From contig JAQGDQ010001113.1 in the NCBI GenBank assembly GCA_030141605.1, positions 16,769-61,809 of the forward strand: a stretch of DNA of 45,041 bases, in the 5' to 3' direction. Position 1 is the first letter of the stretch; each line of letters begins with the position of its first letter. This document shows, one piece after another, positions 1 to 12,340 of the stretch. Origin of the DNA: Tubiluchus corallicola (lineage: Eukaryota > Animalia > Priapulida). Made by a program: the position numbers and the translations under genes. The notes under the pieces are model-generated. The model was given only the letters and a program-made list of their open reading frames with translations, made no database searches and was not told where the DNA came from.

Positions 1-29
1 TTATTTCATTTAACTGAATAGTTTTGTAA

Positions 30-762
<733 letters not shown>

Positions 763-771
763 GTATTAATC

Positions 772-1450
772 TTAAAGGACAAGAAAGGGGTGCCTGAAGT
801 AGGTTTATAAAAAATTATACTACTTTACAGCAATTTTATGCCTCTATTGTGCTCGCGTTGAAAGGAATTTAAAGTTTGTTTTCATTATAAATCTCCCACA
901 ATGCTGTTCCGATCGCGCCATAACATGACGTCATACACGCACAACGAAAATCAGGGGAAGAAAAGGAAATGTTAAATTACGTCCCAAAAAATTTTCCTTG
1001 CAATATTACATTACTTATCATTTCGCTTACCTGCTAGAAAGACTTACGTAACTATAAAAGAAAATTATTAATTATTTAAAATGTTCTCACCAATTGGCAA
1101 AATCTCGCTGACTCACCCTCCAGGGTGCACCACTCACTAACCAAAAACGTATATTTAATATTATTGACAAGATACAGTAATTTTAAATTTTACTTAGTTA
1201 GCGGTGTGTATGCTACGAATGCTCTGATTATTTTTCAAACTTTACTCAGTGTTATCTAAACTTGTTTCAAACCACTTATCGTCAAAATGGCTGCGTCTAG
1301 CTATCATCGCTGGTGTTTAAATTCGCATATTATGTACAGCGTTACTACCACCGCAAGCCCTGTATGCAAAAAGGCAGTACGTAGGTGGTGTAAAGTTTCA
1401 AGACGAATTTTTCAAGGTTTATGTAAGCGGAGGGTTTCTTTGTGCTTCAA
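772..1450 (+). mobile_element. Non-autonomous DNA transposon family A, copy 1 (Kolobok-like TTAA-AGG end)
   Basis: Begins TTAAAGGAC. Aligns by eye along its length to the reverse complement of 8466-9103 and partly to 30210-30491. The Kolobok assignment is inferred from the termini only. Confidence 0.7.
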
Positions 1451-1490
1451 AAGCAAAACGGCAGTCATCAAATTTCATCTGTTTGTTCAG

Positions 1491-1731
1491 AATAAAGAAA
1501 ATGGACTACAGTTTAGAAGAACTAAACATGCTGTTTCATTCGTTGCTAGCACCCCCTCTATTATGTGCCTCTGATTTATGGAAATCTTTGGCGGCGGATG
1601 ATTTTAATGCAAAATATATTGAATAGATTATTACTATTTTTGTTATAATTCTTTATTTTTAAAAACTATGTACAGAATACATTCCCTCTATTTGTAGAGA
1701 TATGTTTAAAATTCCTAAAAGCATTTACAGC
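1491..1731 (+). CDS. Candidate exon of large TAR-readthrough gene (3' end uncertain: 1669, 1693 or 1731)
   Basis: Acceptor tctgtttgttcag|. Frame reads IKKMDYSLEELNMLFHSLLAPPLLCASDLWKSLAADDFNAKYIExIITIFVIILYFxKLCTEYIPSICRDMFKIPKSIYS. TAG at 1624, TAA at 1660, no TGA. Confidence 0.6.
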
Positions 1732-1745
1732 GTATTAAACCTGTT

Positions 1746-1792
<47 letters not shown>
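1746..1792. repeat. (CA)n(TA)n microsatellite
   Basis: Direct reading. Confidence 0.95.
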
Positions 1793-2213
1793 TTTAGAAT
1801 CTAACGCATGAGACACATTGAAGGACAACGATCATATACAATAGACATAGTTACAAATTATAATCCAACACTACATACGTACATAATAAAAGATAACGAA
1901 CATATTTTAATACTTAGTAACAAAAATTTACACATATTATTCACAATGACAAACAGCGAGTACAATTATAATAAACATAATTACCAATTCTAATGTAAAT
2001 TCACATAATCATAAATAAAAGCAAAACAGCATATAGAAAACACGACGAGAGTTGTAAAATTTCATCACCAACAGACTGTTTATATACGAGCGAAAGACGA
2101 TAGGAATTCATCCCAGATTTGCAAAAGCATTTATATCATTATTATCCCGGTTAGAGAAAACATAGTCCGAATCTAACCTAGGCAGAGTGCTAATAAAATC
2201 ATTTCTTGTGGCT

Positions 2214-2615
2214 TGGTTTACTAATGCACTAATGGTTTACTAGTGCACAGTGCACTGATGGTTTACTAATGCACTGATGGTTTACTAATGCACTAATGGT
2301 TTACTAATGCACTAATGGTTTACTAGTGCACTGATGGTTTACTAATGCACTATTGGTTTACTAATGCACTAATGGTTTACAAATGTACTAATGGTTTACT
2401 AATGCACTAATGGTTTACTAATGTAGTAATTGTTTACTAATGTACTAATGGTTTACAAATGTACTAATGGTTTACTAATGTACTAATGGTTTACTAATGC
2501 ACTATTGGTTTACTAATGCACTAATGGTTTACTAATGCACTAATGGTTTACTAATGCACTAATGGTTTACTAAGGCACTAATGGTTTACTAATGCACTAA
2601 TGGTTTACTAATGTA
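2214..2615. repeat. 19-bp minisatellite, about 21 copies
   Basis: Unit ACTAATGGTTTACTAATGC, itself built from two ACTAATG sub-repeats. Confidence 0.95.
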
Positions 2616-2646
2616 CATTCAAATAATATCGAATAGAACAGAAAGG

Positions 2647-2708
2647 GGAGGAGGAGGAGGAGGAGGAGGAGGAGGAGGAGGAGGAGGAGGAGGAAGGGAA
2701 GGGGAGGA
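2647..2708. repeat. (GGA)n microsatellite
   Basis: Direct reading. Confidence 0.95.
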
Positions 2709-2769
2709 GTAAAACGAGGGATCAAGGACTAAAGTCATTATTATTGGAAAAGACGATTAATTGTTGAGA

Positions 2770-2920
2770 AAAGTCATTCATTTCATAATCTCCTGCCTCC
2801 AAAATCAAAAACGGAACGTCGTAGATGCAAAAAGAGAAGACTTGTTTCCTAGACTCAAATTAAAGAAAAAAGGGCAACTAATAGTTTTATAAACAGATGT
2901 ATTTCCAGTGTAAATTAGCA
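2770..2920 (+). mobile_element. 3' remnant of non-LTR retrotransposon ORF2 (CR1/L2/Rex-like)
   Basis: Reads HSFHNLLPPKSKTERRRCKKRRLVSxTQIKEKRATNSFINRCISSVN, resembling the HxxHxLLP...NSFIxR C-terminus of these LINEs. Recognised by eye only. Confidence 0.5.
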
Positions 2921-3549
2921 GTAATATTACTTTTACTACTCTTTTTTGGTTTTATTTTCATTTTAATTTTATTTAGTACAAAAATTTTACTCTTTTTTAC
3001 ACACATTTTAGTAGCCAAGGATTCGTCATAATTAATAGTTTTATTTGATATGTTGTAAGTTAGCATATTAGCAGCTGTATTTTAATTTGAAATTGAAATT
3101 AGCTTGTTTAAATCTTAATTTAAATTTTAAAGTAGCCATGGAGAATGGAAACTTTTTTATAAAAATAAAAAACCTTTTACTTCACCATAACTTGACTTAC
3201 TAATAGAAAAGCCATGGTAACTTGAAACATGTAGAAATATCAGTTCCGGTTTCATTTCCGGTTTTAAGATTTTTTGCTATCATCTTGACTCCTTTAAGAT
3301 ACATGCATTTGCGTTTCGCTAAAGTTACTACTTTTGGAAAACAGTTAAGCTTCGTTCGCATTAATTTAAAAATTTTGTATTCACACGGGCGAGAGGTAAT
3401 AATAGTAGCACTATAATGTATACGCTCAAGTCAAAGTTGCGTTCCCATATCTATGTTAGTTTATTCTGCAAAAATACAAATTTTCTGTAGTCTACAATTA
3501 CTACATCTACAAAACTACTGAAATAAGTGCTAGAAAATAAGTGCTACAG

Positions 3550-3773
3550 ATTACTACGTTACACTAAAAAGCTAAAATGCATACATACATTGTTGATCCA
3601 ATATTGAGTCGAGAAAAAGCCAGAATGTCAGTAAAAGGTAGCAGTATAATTATAAGTCAAATTTTAAATGCAACAGAGACGTGTGTACATAACAAGTTCC
3701 ACCTATACAATGTCAGAGTAGAAAAAGTAGTCTAGCTTGTTGAACTACAGTCTAATATATTGTGGCTTCTAAT
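3550..3773 (+). CDS. Candidate exon (alternative acceptor at 3491, same frame)
   Basis: ITTLHxKAKMHTYIVDPILSREKARMSVKGSSIIISQILNATETCVHNKFHLYNVRVEKVVxLVELQSNILWLL. Ends phase 2 at at|GTATGT, matching the next exon. Confidence 0.7.
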
Positions 3774-4140
3774 GTATGTACTACATTGAGAAGGGGTAGT
3801 CTAGCTTGTTGAACTACAGTCTAATATATTGTGGCTTCTAATGTATGTACTACATTGAGAAGGGGTAGTCTAGCTTGTTGAACTACAGTCTAATATATTG
3901 TGGCTTCTAATGCATATACTACCTTGGGAAGGGGTAGTCTAGCTTGTTGAACTACAGTCTAATATATTGTGGCTTCTAATGCATATACTACCTTGAGAAG
4001 GGGTAGTCTAGCTTGTTGAACTACAGTCTAATATATTGTGGCTTCTAATGCATATACTACCTTGGGAAGGGGTAGTCTAGCTTGTTGAACTACAGTCTAA
4101 TATATTGTGGCTTCTAATGCATATACTACCTTGAGAAGGG
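3727..4140. repeat. 69-bp tandem repeat, 6 copies
   Basis: Unit starts at 3727, 3796, 3865 and onward. Spans the exon end and the donor at 3774. Confidence 0.97.
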
Positions 4141-4299
4141 ATTATGGACCAAAACATTTGCACCTGCAACAAGCATAAAAAGGATTTTTTTGGGACTTGA
4201 TCAAACTTTGAACGTTTTGAGTTTTTTTCTTTGCTCGACGTCATGACCTTTTGTTGTTTTTCTAATATTTTTCACGTTGTGCGTAATTTTACCATGAAG

Positions 4300-4463
4300 A
4301 TTTCCTAAATGTCGTTTCTATGAACGCTTTGTTGCTCAAAGTATTCACAGAAAATTGTCAAGCTTTGACGTGAAATTCAACAAAGCGGGTGCATTTATAT
4401 AAGGCGAATGTCACGTTGAAATATCACTAAAAATCCTCGTTATTTTCCATTAGTTCCATCATT
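4300..4463 (+). CDS. Candidate exon
   Basis: Phase 2 to 1. FPKCRFYERFVAQSIHRKLSSFDVKFNKAGAFIxGECHVEISLKILVIFHxFHH. Donor |GTAAGG. This is the only frame without TGA. Confidence 0.7.
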
Positions 4464-4557
4464 GTAAGGACACGTATTCTTTGATGTTAAACAAACGCAT
4501 CTGATAAGGAATTTCTAAATTCTTAATGAACTTTCATCTCTGCGTTCGTTTAAATAG

Positions 4558-4624
4558 TTTCAAAAGCAGAAAGCTTTACAGCAGTTATAAGACATGTTGT
4601 TTGTCTGATGCGTAGAACCCTTTA
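4558..4624 (+). CDS. Candidate exon
   Basis: Acceptor tttaaatag|, donor |GTAAAA. Phase 1 to 2, SKAESFTAVIRHVVCLMRRTL. Bridges the phases of its neighbours; the split codon is TA|A. Confidence 0.55.
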
Positions 4625-5100
4625 GTAAAACAGAATGATTTTTCACATACTACCCCATTTTAAAGTCCGATGAAATGTATACAGTTTAACACAACTAATA
4701 CTGCAAAAGTGTTTCTGATAATTAAGCAATAGTTTAAAATCTTAATTTACGGCGGACGAGCCAAACAATTCATGACATCACAAACTAACATAGTAAAAAT
4801 ATTCCATGTTACACGTGTTTGCAAGAGCAAATATTAAAGAACAGCGCGACTGTAAGATGTTCAGCGTGTTGTACTAGAACTAGGCAAGTTTTAAGATGAA
4901 AATTCAAATTTCAAATTTACCGCTGTGCTCACGCATGAGCTGTCGAACGTGTCGAGTACGTCAAAAATGAACATATTTGAACCGAGAGACCCGTTTTTGT
5001 GAAATGCGTTTCCGAAATGCAGGCGCTAGCGTCCGTCTAACTAGCGAATGGTGAAATGCAGGTAACAGCCAAGAACTAGTGGCGCGAACATGAAGTTCGT
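4625..5100 (-). mobile_element. Non-autonomous element family B, inverted partial copy
   Basis: Reverse complement of most of 22388-22923, e.g. aagaactagtggcgcgaac and aaatttaccgctgt. Confidence 0.75.
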
Positions 5101-5168
5101 CACAAACTAACGCGTCTGAACTGCGCGTCAGTAACACTATTTTTCATTTGAAGTTTTTGATGTTTTAG

Positions 5169-5271
5169 ATTGATCATCTTTCGCAAGGATTTCTTCTGGC
5201 AAGTTTTCTAAATTCGTCTTTCAACTATAAAAGTTCATGCAAACTCTTAGTTGTCACACATTAATAACACA
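5169..5271 (+). CDS. Candidate exon
   Basis: Acceptor tgttttag|, donor |GTATGC. Phase 2 to 0, LIIFRKDFFWQVFxIRLSTIKVHANSxLSHINNT. Confidence 0.65.
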
Positions 5272-5982
5272 GTATGCATGCTCTTTTGTTTTCACTTTGA
5301 GACATCTTGTAAACTCAGTATGCATGCTCTTGTGTTTTCACTTTCCAGACATCTTGTAAACTCAGTATGCATGCTCTTGTGTTTTCATTTCCCTGACATC
5401 TTGTAAACTCAGTATGCATGCTCTTGTGTTTTCAGTTCCCTGACATCTCGTAAACTCAGTATGCATGCTCTTGTGTTTTCACTTTCCTGACATCTTGTAA
5501 ACTCAGTATGCATGCTCTTGTGTTTTCACTTTCGTGACATCTTGTAAACTCAGTATGCATGCTCTTGTGTTTTCACCTTCGAGACATCTTGTAAACTCAG
5601 TATGCATGCTCTTGTGCTTTCACCTTCGAGACATCTTGTAAACTCAGTATGCATGCTCTTGTGTTTTCACCTTCGAGACATCTTGTAAACTTAGTATGCA
5701 TGCTCTTGTGTTTTCACTTTCCTGACATCTTGTAAACTCAGTATGCATGCTCTTGTGTTTTCAGTTCCCTGACATCTTGTAAACTCAGTATGCATGCTCT
5801 TGTGTTTTCAGTTCCCAGACATCTTGTAAACTCAGTATGCATGCTCTTGTGTTTTCACTTTCGTGACATCTTGTAAAATCAGTATGCATGCTCTTGTGTT
5901 TTTAGTTCCCTGACATCTTGTAAACTCAGTATGCATGCTCTTGTGTTTTGAGTTCCCTGACATCTTGTAAACTCAGTATGCA
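5270..5982. repeat. 47-bp minisatellite, about 15 copies
   Basis: Unit CAGTATGCATGCTCTTGTGTTTTCACTTTCCTGACATCTTGTAAACT. Starts at the donor. Confidence 0.97.
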
Positions 5983-6214
5983 GTAAAACTCTTGGCTTTC
6001 TTATTTTTAAAGGTAAAAACATGGCTTCTTGATTTTCTTAGTTTTACAATTCAGCGATGTGGTTTCTTCTACGCTTTTGGCTTCTGTACTGTTACAACAC
6101 AGTTTTGCTAGCTTTGGCCCTTGACGATATGATTTTTGCAAGCTTCTAGTTGTATTTTACTTTGGCAATATTACCAAAAGATTCCGTGCAAAGGCTTGTT
6201 TTACTCTTACAACT

Positions 6215-8000
6215 CTTACAAGCTCTTGCCTTTCTTACTTTTACAAGTCAACAGCATGATATCTTACAACTTATTGATTTTCTTACTTTTACAAATCAAC
6301 AGCATGACTTCTTACAAGCTCTTACCTTTCCTGCTTTTACAAGTCAACAGCATGACTTCTTACAAGCTCTTGCCTTTCTTACTTTTACAAGTCAACAGCA
6401 TGATTTCTTACAAGCTCTTACCTTTCCTGCTTTTACAAGTCAACAGCATGACTTCTTACAAGCTCTTACCTTTCCTACTTTTAAAAGTCAAGAGCATGAC
6501 TTCTTACAAGCTCTTGCCTTTCCTACTTTTACAAGTCAACAGCATGACTTCTTACAAGCTCTTGGCATTCCTACTTTTACAAGTCAACAGCATGGCCTCT
6601 TACAAGCTCTTACCTTTCCTACTTTTAAAAGTCAAGAGCATAACTTCTTACAAGCAGTTGCCTTTCCTACTTTTACAAGTCAACAGCATGACTTCGTACA
6701 AGCTCTTGCCTTTCTTACTTTTACAAGTCAACAGCATGACTTCTTACAAGCTCTTGGCATTCCTGCTTTTACAAGTCAACAGCATGACTTCGTACAAGCT
6801 CTTGCCTTTCTTACTTTTACAAGTCAACAGCATGACTTCTTACAAGCTCTTACCTTTCCTGCTTTTACAAGTCAACAGCATGACTTCTTACAAGCTCTTA
6901 CCTTTCCTGCTTTTACAAGTCAACAGCATGACTTCTTACAAGCTCTTACCTTTCCTGCTTTTACAAGTCAACAGCATGACTTCTTACAAGCTCTTGGCAT
7001 TCCTGCTTTTACAAGTCAACAGCATGATTTCTTACAAGCTATGGTCTTTCCTACTTTTACAAGTCAACAGCATGACTTCTTACAAGCTCTTGCCTTTCTT
7101 ACTTTTACAAGTCAACAGCATGACTTCTTACAAGCTCTTGGCATTCCTACTTTTACAAGTCAACAGCATGGCTTCTTACAAGCTCTTGGCATTCCTGCTT
7201 TTACAAGTCAACAGCATGATTTCTTACAAGCTCTTGTCTTTCCTACTTTTACAAGTCAACAGCATGACTTCTTACAAGCTCTTACCTTTCCTGCTTTTAC
7301 AATTCAACAGCATGACTTCTTACAAGCTCTTGCCTTTCTTACTTTTACAAGTCAAGAGCATGACTTCTTACAAGCTCTTGTCTTTCCTACTTTTACAAGT
7401 CAACAGCATGACTTCTTACAAGCTCTTGGCATTCCTACTTTTACAAGTCAACAGCATGGCTTCTTACAAGCTCTTGGCATTCCTGCTTTTACAAGTCAAC
7501 AGCATGATTTCTTACAAGCTATGGTCTTTCCTACTTTTACAAGTCAACAGCATGACTTCTTACAAGCTCTTGCCTTTCTTACTTTTACAAGTCAACAGCA
7601 TGACTTCTTACAAGCTCTTGGCATTCCTACTTTTACAAGTCAACAGCATGGCTTCTTACAAGCTCTTGGCATTCCTGCTTTTACAAGTCAACAGCATGAT
7701 TTCTTACAAGCTCTTGTCTTTCCTACTTTTACAAGTCAACAGCATGACTTCTTACAAGCTCTTGGCATTCCTACTTTTACAAGTCAACAGCATGACTTCT
7801 TACAAGCTCTTGCCTTTCTTACTTTTACAAGTCAAGAGCATGACTTCTTACAAGTTCTTGTCTTTCCTACTTTTACAAGTCAACAGCATGACTTCTTACA
7901 AGCTCTTGGCATTCCTACTTTTACAAGTCAACAGCATGACTTCTTACAAGCTCTTGGAATTCCTGCTTTCACAAGTCAACAGCATGATTTCTTACAACTT
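6215..8000. repeat. 48-bp minisatellite, about 37 copies, degenerate flanks
   Basis: Unit TTACAAGCTCTTGCCTTTCTTACTTTTACAAGTCAACAGCATGACTTC. Source of the 16-aa periodic ORFs in the track. Confidence 0.97.
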
Positions 8001-8121
8001 CTTGATTTTCCCTCTTTTGCCTCTCAGAAACATGATTTCTCGCTGCCAAAGCCTCCGGGGCGCCCATTTACTTGAGTGTTGATTCAGCCTCAGCGCTTAT
8101 TTGTACTTCTCATTACTCCAG

Positions 8122-8280
8122 GAATAATTTGATAAACTTTCGAAATATGAGCAACTGATTGAACGGTGGCTAGAGAGTGAATCGAAACAGGTCGATTCCT
8201 GTCTAAATTCGTTTGGCTTCCTGAACAAAAACACGAGATCCGGAGATCCGATGGCTTCTTTGAAGCAAAGAGGATTGACG
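8122..8280 (+). CDS. Candidate exon
   Basis: Strong acceptor ttgtacttctcattactccag|. Phase 0 to 0, ExFDKLSKYEQLIERWLESESKQVDSCLNSFGFLNKNTRSGDPMASLKQRGLT. Donor g|GTAGAA. Confidence 0.7.
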
Positions 8281-8465
8281 GTAGAAAATTCCTATGATGA
8301 ATAGGATGCATAATTACGCTCAATCTTGCTGCCAATGGCAGTTTTCTGGACCAGATACCATGAAGTAGAAACAAAAATATGTCAAAATATTTTCTACATG
8401 TAGTTCAACTTTTGCAAGGAAATGAGAAAGGATTCTGAATTTATTAGGCTCCAGTAAGAGAAAAT

Positions 8466-9103
8466 TTAAAGAACAGCAGTAAAACTCTCTACTTACATAA
8501 AGCTTAAAAAATTCGTTTTGAAATTTTATATTGCTTACTGTCTTTTTGCACGCAGGGCTTGCGTCGGCAGTAACGGCTGTATAAAACTTGTAAATTTAAA
8601 CTCCCGCGACGAGCGTTAGGCGCAGCCATTTTAATGGCATTTCGTTTGTTACAAATTTAGATAACATTAAGTAAAGTAAGAAAAACTAATCAGAGCATCA
8701 GTAGGATACATGTTGCTAATTAAGTAAAATTTTAAATTACTGTATCTTGTCAATAAGATTAAAAATACGTTTTTTTGGTTAGTGGGTGGCGCACCCTGGA
8801 GGGTGAGTCAGCGACATTTTATCAATTGGTGAAAACATTTTAAATAATTAATAATTTTCTTTTCTAGCTACATAACACTTTTCTAGTTACATAATTTAAC
8901 ATTGCGTTTTCTTGCCCTGATACACGTTGTGCGTATATGACGTCATGTAATGGTGCCGGCGGAACAGTATCCTAGGAAATTTAAAATGAAAACAAACAAA
9001 AAATACTTTTAACGCGAGTACGACATACGCATAAAACTGCCGTAAAGTAATATAATTTTTAGGGTGGTTTTTCTGAAACCTGCTTCAAGTACCCCCTTCT
9101 TTA
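8466..9103 (-). mobile_element. Family A, copy 2 (inverted)
   Basis: Reverse complement of 772-1450, e.g. gcaccctggagggtgagtcagcga. Begins TTAAAGAAC. Confidence 0.75.
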
Positions 9104-9118
9104 CGTAAGGTTTACGCA

Positions 9119-9300
9119 GATATTCACCATCCTACCTGCAGGACCGCTGTTTATAAATATTTTTTCCTTCGGGCGTGTTATCTGTGGAATTGTTTACATA
9201 AAAACTTGTTTCACATCAACAAATGCCTTGTGTGAGTAGCAAATTGACAAAAACTTTTTTCCTGCCTCCGTAAATATTTTTTCAATTTTTCTGGAAGGCC
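9119..9300 (+). mobile_element. Possible CR1-like LINE ORF2 C-terminal remnant
   Basis: Reads DIHHPTCRTAVYKYFFLRACYLWNCL, resembling the RT..YK.SFF.R...LWN.L motif. Confidence 0.45.
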
Positions 9301-9420
9301 TGTCGTCTAGTTTGCGACAATTCTTATTAAGAATGATTATTCTTCTGTTTTTGAGACATTAAAAGCAAAATTTAATTGAACTTTGATAATTAAAATACGC
9401 CTAAAATAATTAGAATTCAG

Positions 9421-9588
9421 TGGTCAAAGTACCTTTGTTCTACACTCTGCTGGACACGCTTTGTTACACACTTTTCTGGACACGCCCTCCATGCAAAGAA
9501 GCCTAGCTCCGCCGCCGCGCAAAAGCTGCAAGCTTTACGTCCAAATATGGCCAAAAATTTGTTTGTTGTTAACCCGGTACCACTCTAC
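9421..9588 (+). CDS. Candidate exon
   Basis: Acceptor ttcag|, donor |GTAAGT. 56 codons with no stop of any kind: WSKYLCSTLCWTRFVTHFSGHALHAKKPSSAAAQKLQALRPNMAKNLFVVNPVPLY. Phase 0 to 0. Confidence 0.75.
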
Positions 9589-9688
9589 GTAAGTGAACGT
9601 GGCAGTTCGCCATTTCGTAAATTGGAAGGCAACTCGAGAGATTGACAATAATTCAAATTTCATTTCTGTTTTGGAAAATAAGTTTTAG

Positions 9689-9785
9689 TTTGGAAACGTT
9701 ATTGATTTCACATCTTACTGTTCTTAACTCTATTCAAATTTACTACTAAACGAATTGGGAAATGAGATCTTAAATTTTGTGTTTT
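9689..9785 (+). CDS. Candidate exon, 3' end unresolved (runs into 96-bp array)
   Basis: Acceptor ttttag|, phase 0. FGNVIDFTSYCSxLYSNLLLNELGNEILNFVF. Confidence 0.45.
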
Positions 9786-10386
9786 GTACCAAAAATGAAA
9801 ATTTTATATCTTACTGTTCTTAACTCTATTCAAATGTACTACAAAACGAACTGGGAAATGAGATCTTAAATTTTGTGTTTTGTACCAAAAATGAAAATTT
9901 TATATCTTACTGTACTTAACTTTATTCAAATTTCCTACTAAACCAACTGGGAAATGAGATCTTAAATTTTGTGTTTTGTACCAAAAATGAAAATTTTATA
10001 TCTTACTGTTCTTAACTCTATTCAAATGTACTACAAAACGAACTGGGAAATGAGATCTTAAATTTTGTGTTTTGTACCAAAAATGAAAATTTTATATCTT
10101 ACTGTTCTTAACTTTATTCAAATTTACTACTAAACCAACTGGGAAATGAGATCTTAAATTTTGTGTTTTGTACCAAAAATGAAAATTTTACATCTTACTG
10201 TTCTTAACTCTATTCTAATGTACTACAAAACGAACTGGGAAACGAGATCTTAAATTTTGTGTTTTGTACCAAAAATGAAAATTTTATATCTTACTGTTCT
10301 TAACTCTATTCAAATGTACTACTAAACCAACTGGGAAATGAGATCTTAAATTTTGTGTTTTGTACCAAAAATGAAAATTTTATATC
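9712..10386. repeat. 96-bp tandem repeat, 7 copies with alternating variants (192-bp dimer)
   Basis: Unit starts at 9712, 9808 and onward. Variants tttactactaaac and tgtactacaaaac alternate. Confidence 0.95.
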
Positions 10387-10748
10387 GGCACGAAACCTGC
10401 TTTGCAAAGGACCCTTTCATTTTAAGATCCTGCTGTTAATTTTTAGTAAAATAGGGATTAAATTTGCGTAGTTGTTGAGATTCCTGATTGTAACTTTTGT
10501 GGATTGAAATATTGAATTGGAATTTATTAATTTGGTGTTTTAATTTATCTGCATTTTTATGTTACCTCACAGCGAAACTTGTTGCATTAATAACCTTGAT
10601 TTTAGAAGTCACTTTAATACTCCTTGTTTAATATCACTGTAATTAATGCTATACGCGCAAATTATTGTAGAATTTACTCTAGTGTCTATGTAAAATTGTA
10701 TAATGTTTGTGCAGAAATTTGTGCCTGCAAAAAGATTCCAATAAAGAC

Positions 10749-10749
<1 letters not shown>

Positions 10750-10792
<43 letters not shown>

Positions 10793-10821
10793 TTCTTCTT
10801 CTTCTTCTTCTTCTTCATCAC

Positions 10822-10855
<34 letters not shown>

Positions 10856-10900
10856 TTCTTCTTCTTCATCACCATCATGATCATCATCGTCTTCATCGTG

Positions 10901-10971
<71 letters not shown>

Positions 10972-10994
10972 AGTCATCATCGTCATCGTCGTCG

Positions 10995-11025
<31 letters not shown>
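10750..11025. repeat. (CAT)n/(CTT)n microsatellite
   Basis: Direct reading. Confidence 0.97.
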
Positions 11026-11419
11026 TTTCATCTACTCAAAATTACACCACAGTACGAACTTCAAGTTGTATAAAGCAGCTACTCATTCGACCTAAAGGCC
11101 CGTTTACACGAACAGTTTTTCAAACTGTCAAAGTAAAACTGACAAACAAAAACTGTCAGTATAAAAACTGACGCGCGTTTAGACGACATCAATCTTTACT
11201 CCCACAAAGTTTGCTAATAACAAATTAAGAAAGGGGTGTCAGTCAAATGCACTTGTAGAATTTCTACAACTCAGAGTTGTGAACAATCAAAACACAAGGC
11301 ACAAATCATAAATTGATGCATAATGAAGAAGTAACTACAGGAACATTCTAGGAATAAAATGGTCAAAGAAAATATCAAACCAGGATTTGTATAATAAAGT
11401 CAAGGCAGATGAAAGTTAA

Positions 11420-11845
11420 AACACAGCAGCACAACAGATACAACACAGCAGCACAGCAGACAAAAAAACAGCAACACAGCAGACAAAAACACAGCAACAC
11501 AGCAGACAAAAACACAGCAGCACAGCAGACAAAAACACAGCAACACAGCAGACAAAAACACAGCAGCACAACAGATACAACACAGCAGCACAGCAGACAA
11601 AAAACAGCAACACAGCAGACAAAAACACAGCAACACAGCAGACAAAAACACAGCAGCACAGCAGACAAAAACACAGCAACACAGCAGACAAAAACACAGC
11701 AGCACAACAGATACAACACAGCAGCACAGCAGCACAACAGATACAACACAGCAGCACAGCAGACAAAAAACAGCAGCACAGCAGACAAAAACACAGCAAC
11801 ACAGCAGCACAGCAGACAAAAACACAGCAACACAGCAGACAAAAA
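11420..11845. repeat. Composite CACAGCAR / CACAGCAGACAAAAA minisatellite (about 23 bp)
   Basis: 8-mer and 15-mer subunits in varying order. Confidence 0.93.
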
Positions 11846-12250
11846 CATGCGTAGTCCGTAATGCGTAGTGCGTGTACAACAGTTTATATTTAAACACGTG
11901 AAAGTGTTTCCTTGTGTACGTAATGCGCAATCGGTAATAAATAATGCGTGATCCGTCACGCGTAATGCGTGTACATCACGTGATGCGTAAACACGTGGAA
12001 GTGCTCCATGTATACGTAATGCGAGATCCGTCACGCGTAATGCGTGTGCATCACGTAATGCGTAAACACGTGAAAGTGCTCCATGTATACGTAATGCGAG
12101 ATCCGTCGCGCGTAATGCGTGTGCATCACGTAATGCGTAAACACGTAGAAGTGCTCCATGTATACGTAATGCGTAATCTGCAATGCGCGATGCGTGATAC
12201 GTATTCACTCACGGCTATCATCACGCATTACGAATCACGCGTTACGCGCA
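11846..12250 (+). mobile_element. CpG-rich CGTAATGCG-based MITE-like element containing 3 x 75-bp repeat
   Basis: 75-bp period (11944, 12019, 12094). Right end cacgcattacgaatcacgc is the reverse complement of the start of a second copy at 44985. Confidence 0.6.
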
Positions 12251-12340
12251 CAATACGCAGAAAGGCTGACAAAACATGTTTATCTTCAGATGAAATGTAC
12301 TGTAGGACAAAATTACCAATCATTACTTGTTCTTTGATAG

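Noticed and set aside
6136-8082. 648-aa and 641-aa ORFs
   Set aside because: Two overlapping frames of a stop-free 48-bp minisatellite with TTG starts, lying in a predicted intron.
8090-9492. Small three-exon minus-strand gene (MEGVSRKVCNKACPAECRTK...)
   Set aside because: Its pieces are better explained as antisense of + strand exons 8122-8280 and 9421-9588 and of a LINE remnant.
10427-11400. Additional exons near 10427, 10573 and 11275
   Set aside because: Acceptors are plausible, but several frames and phases fit equally well, so they are not called.
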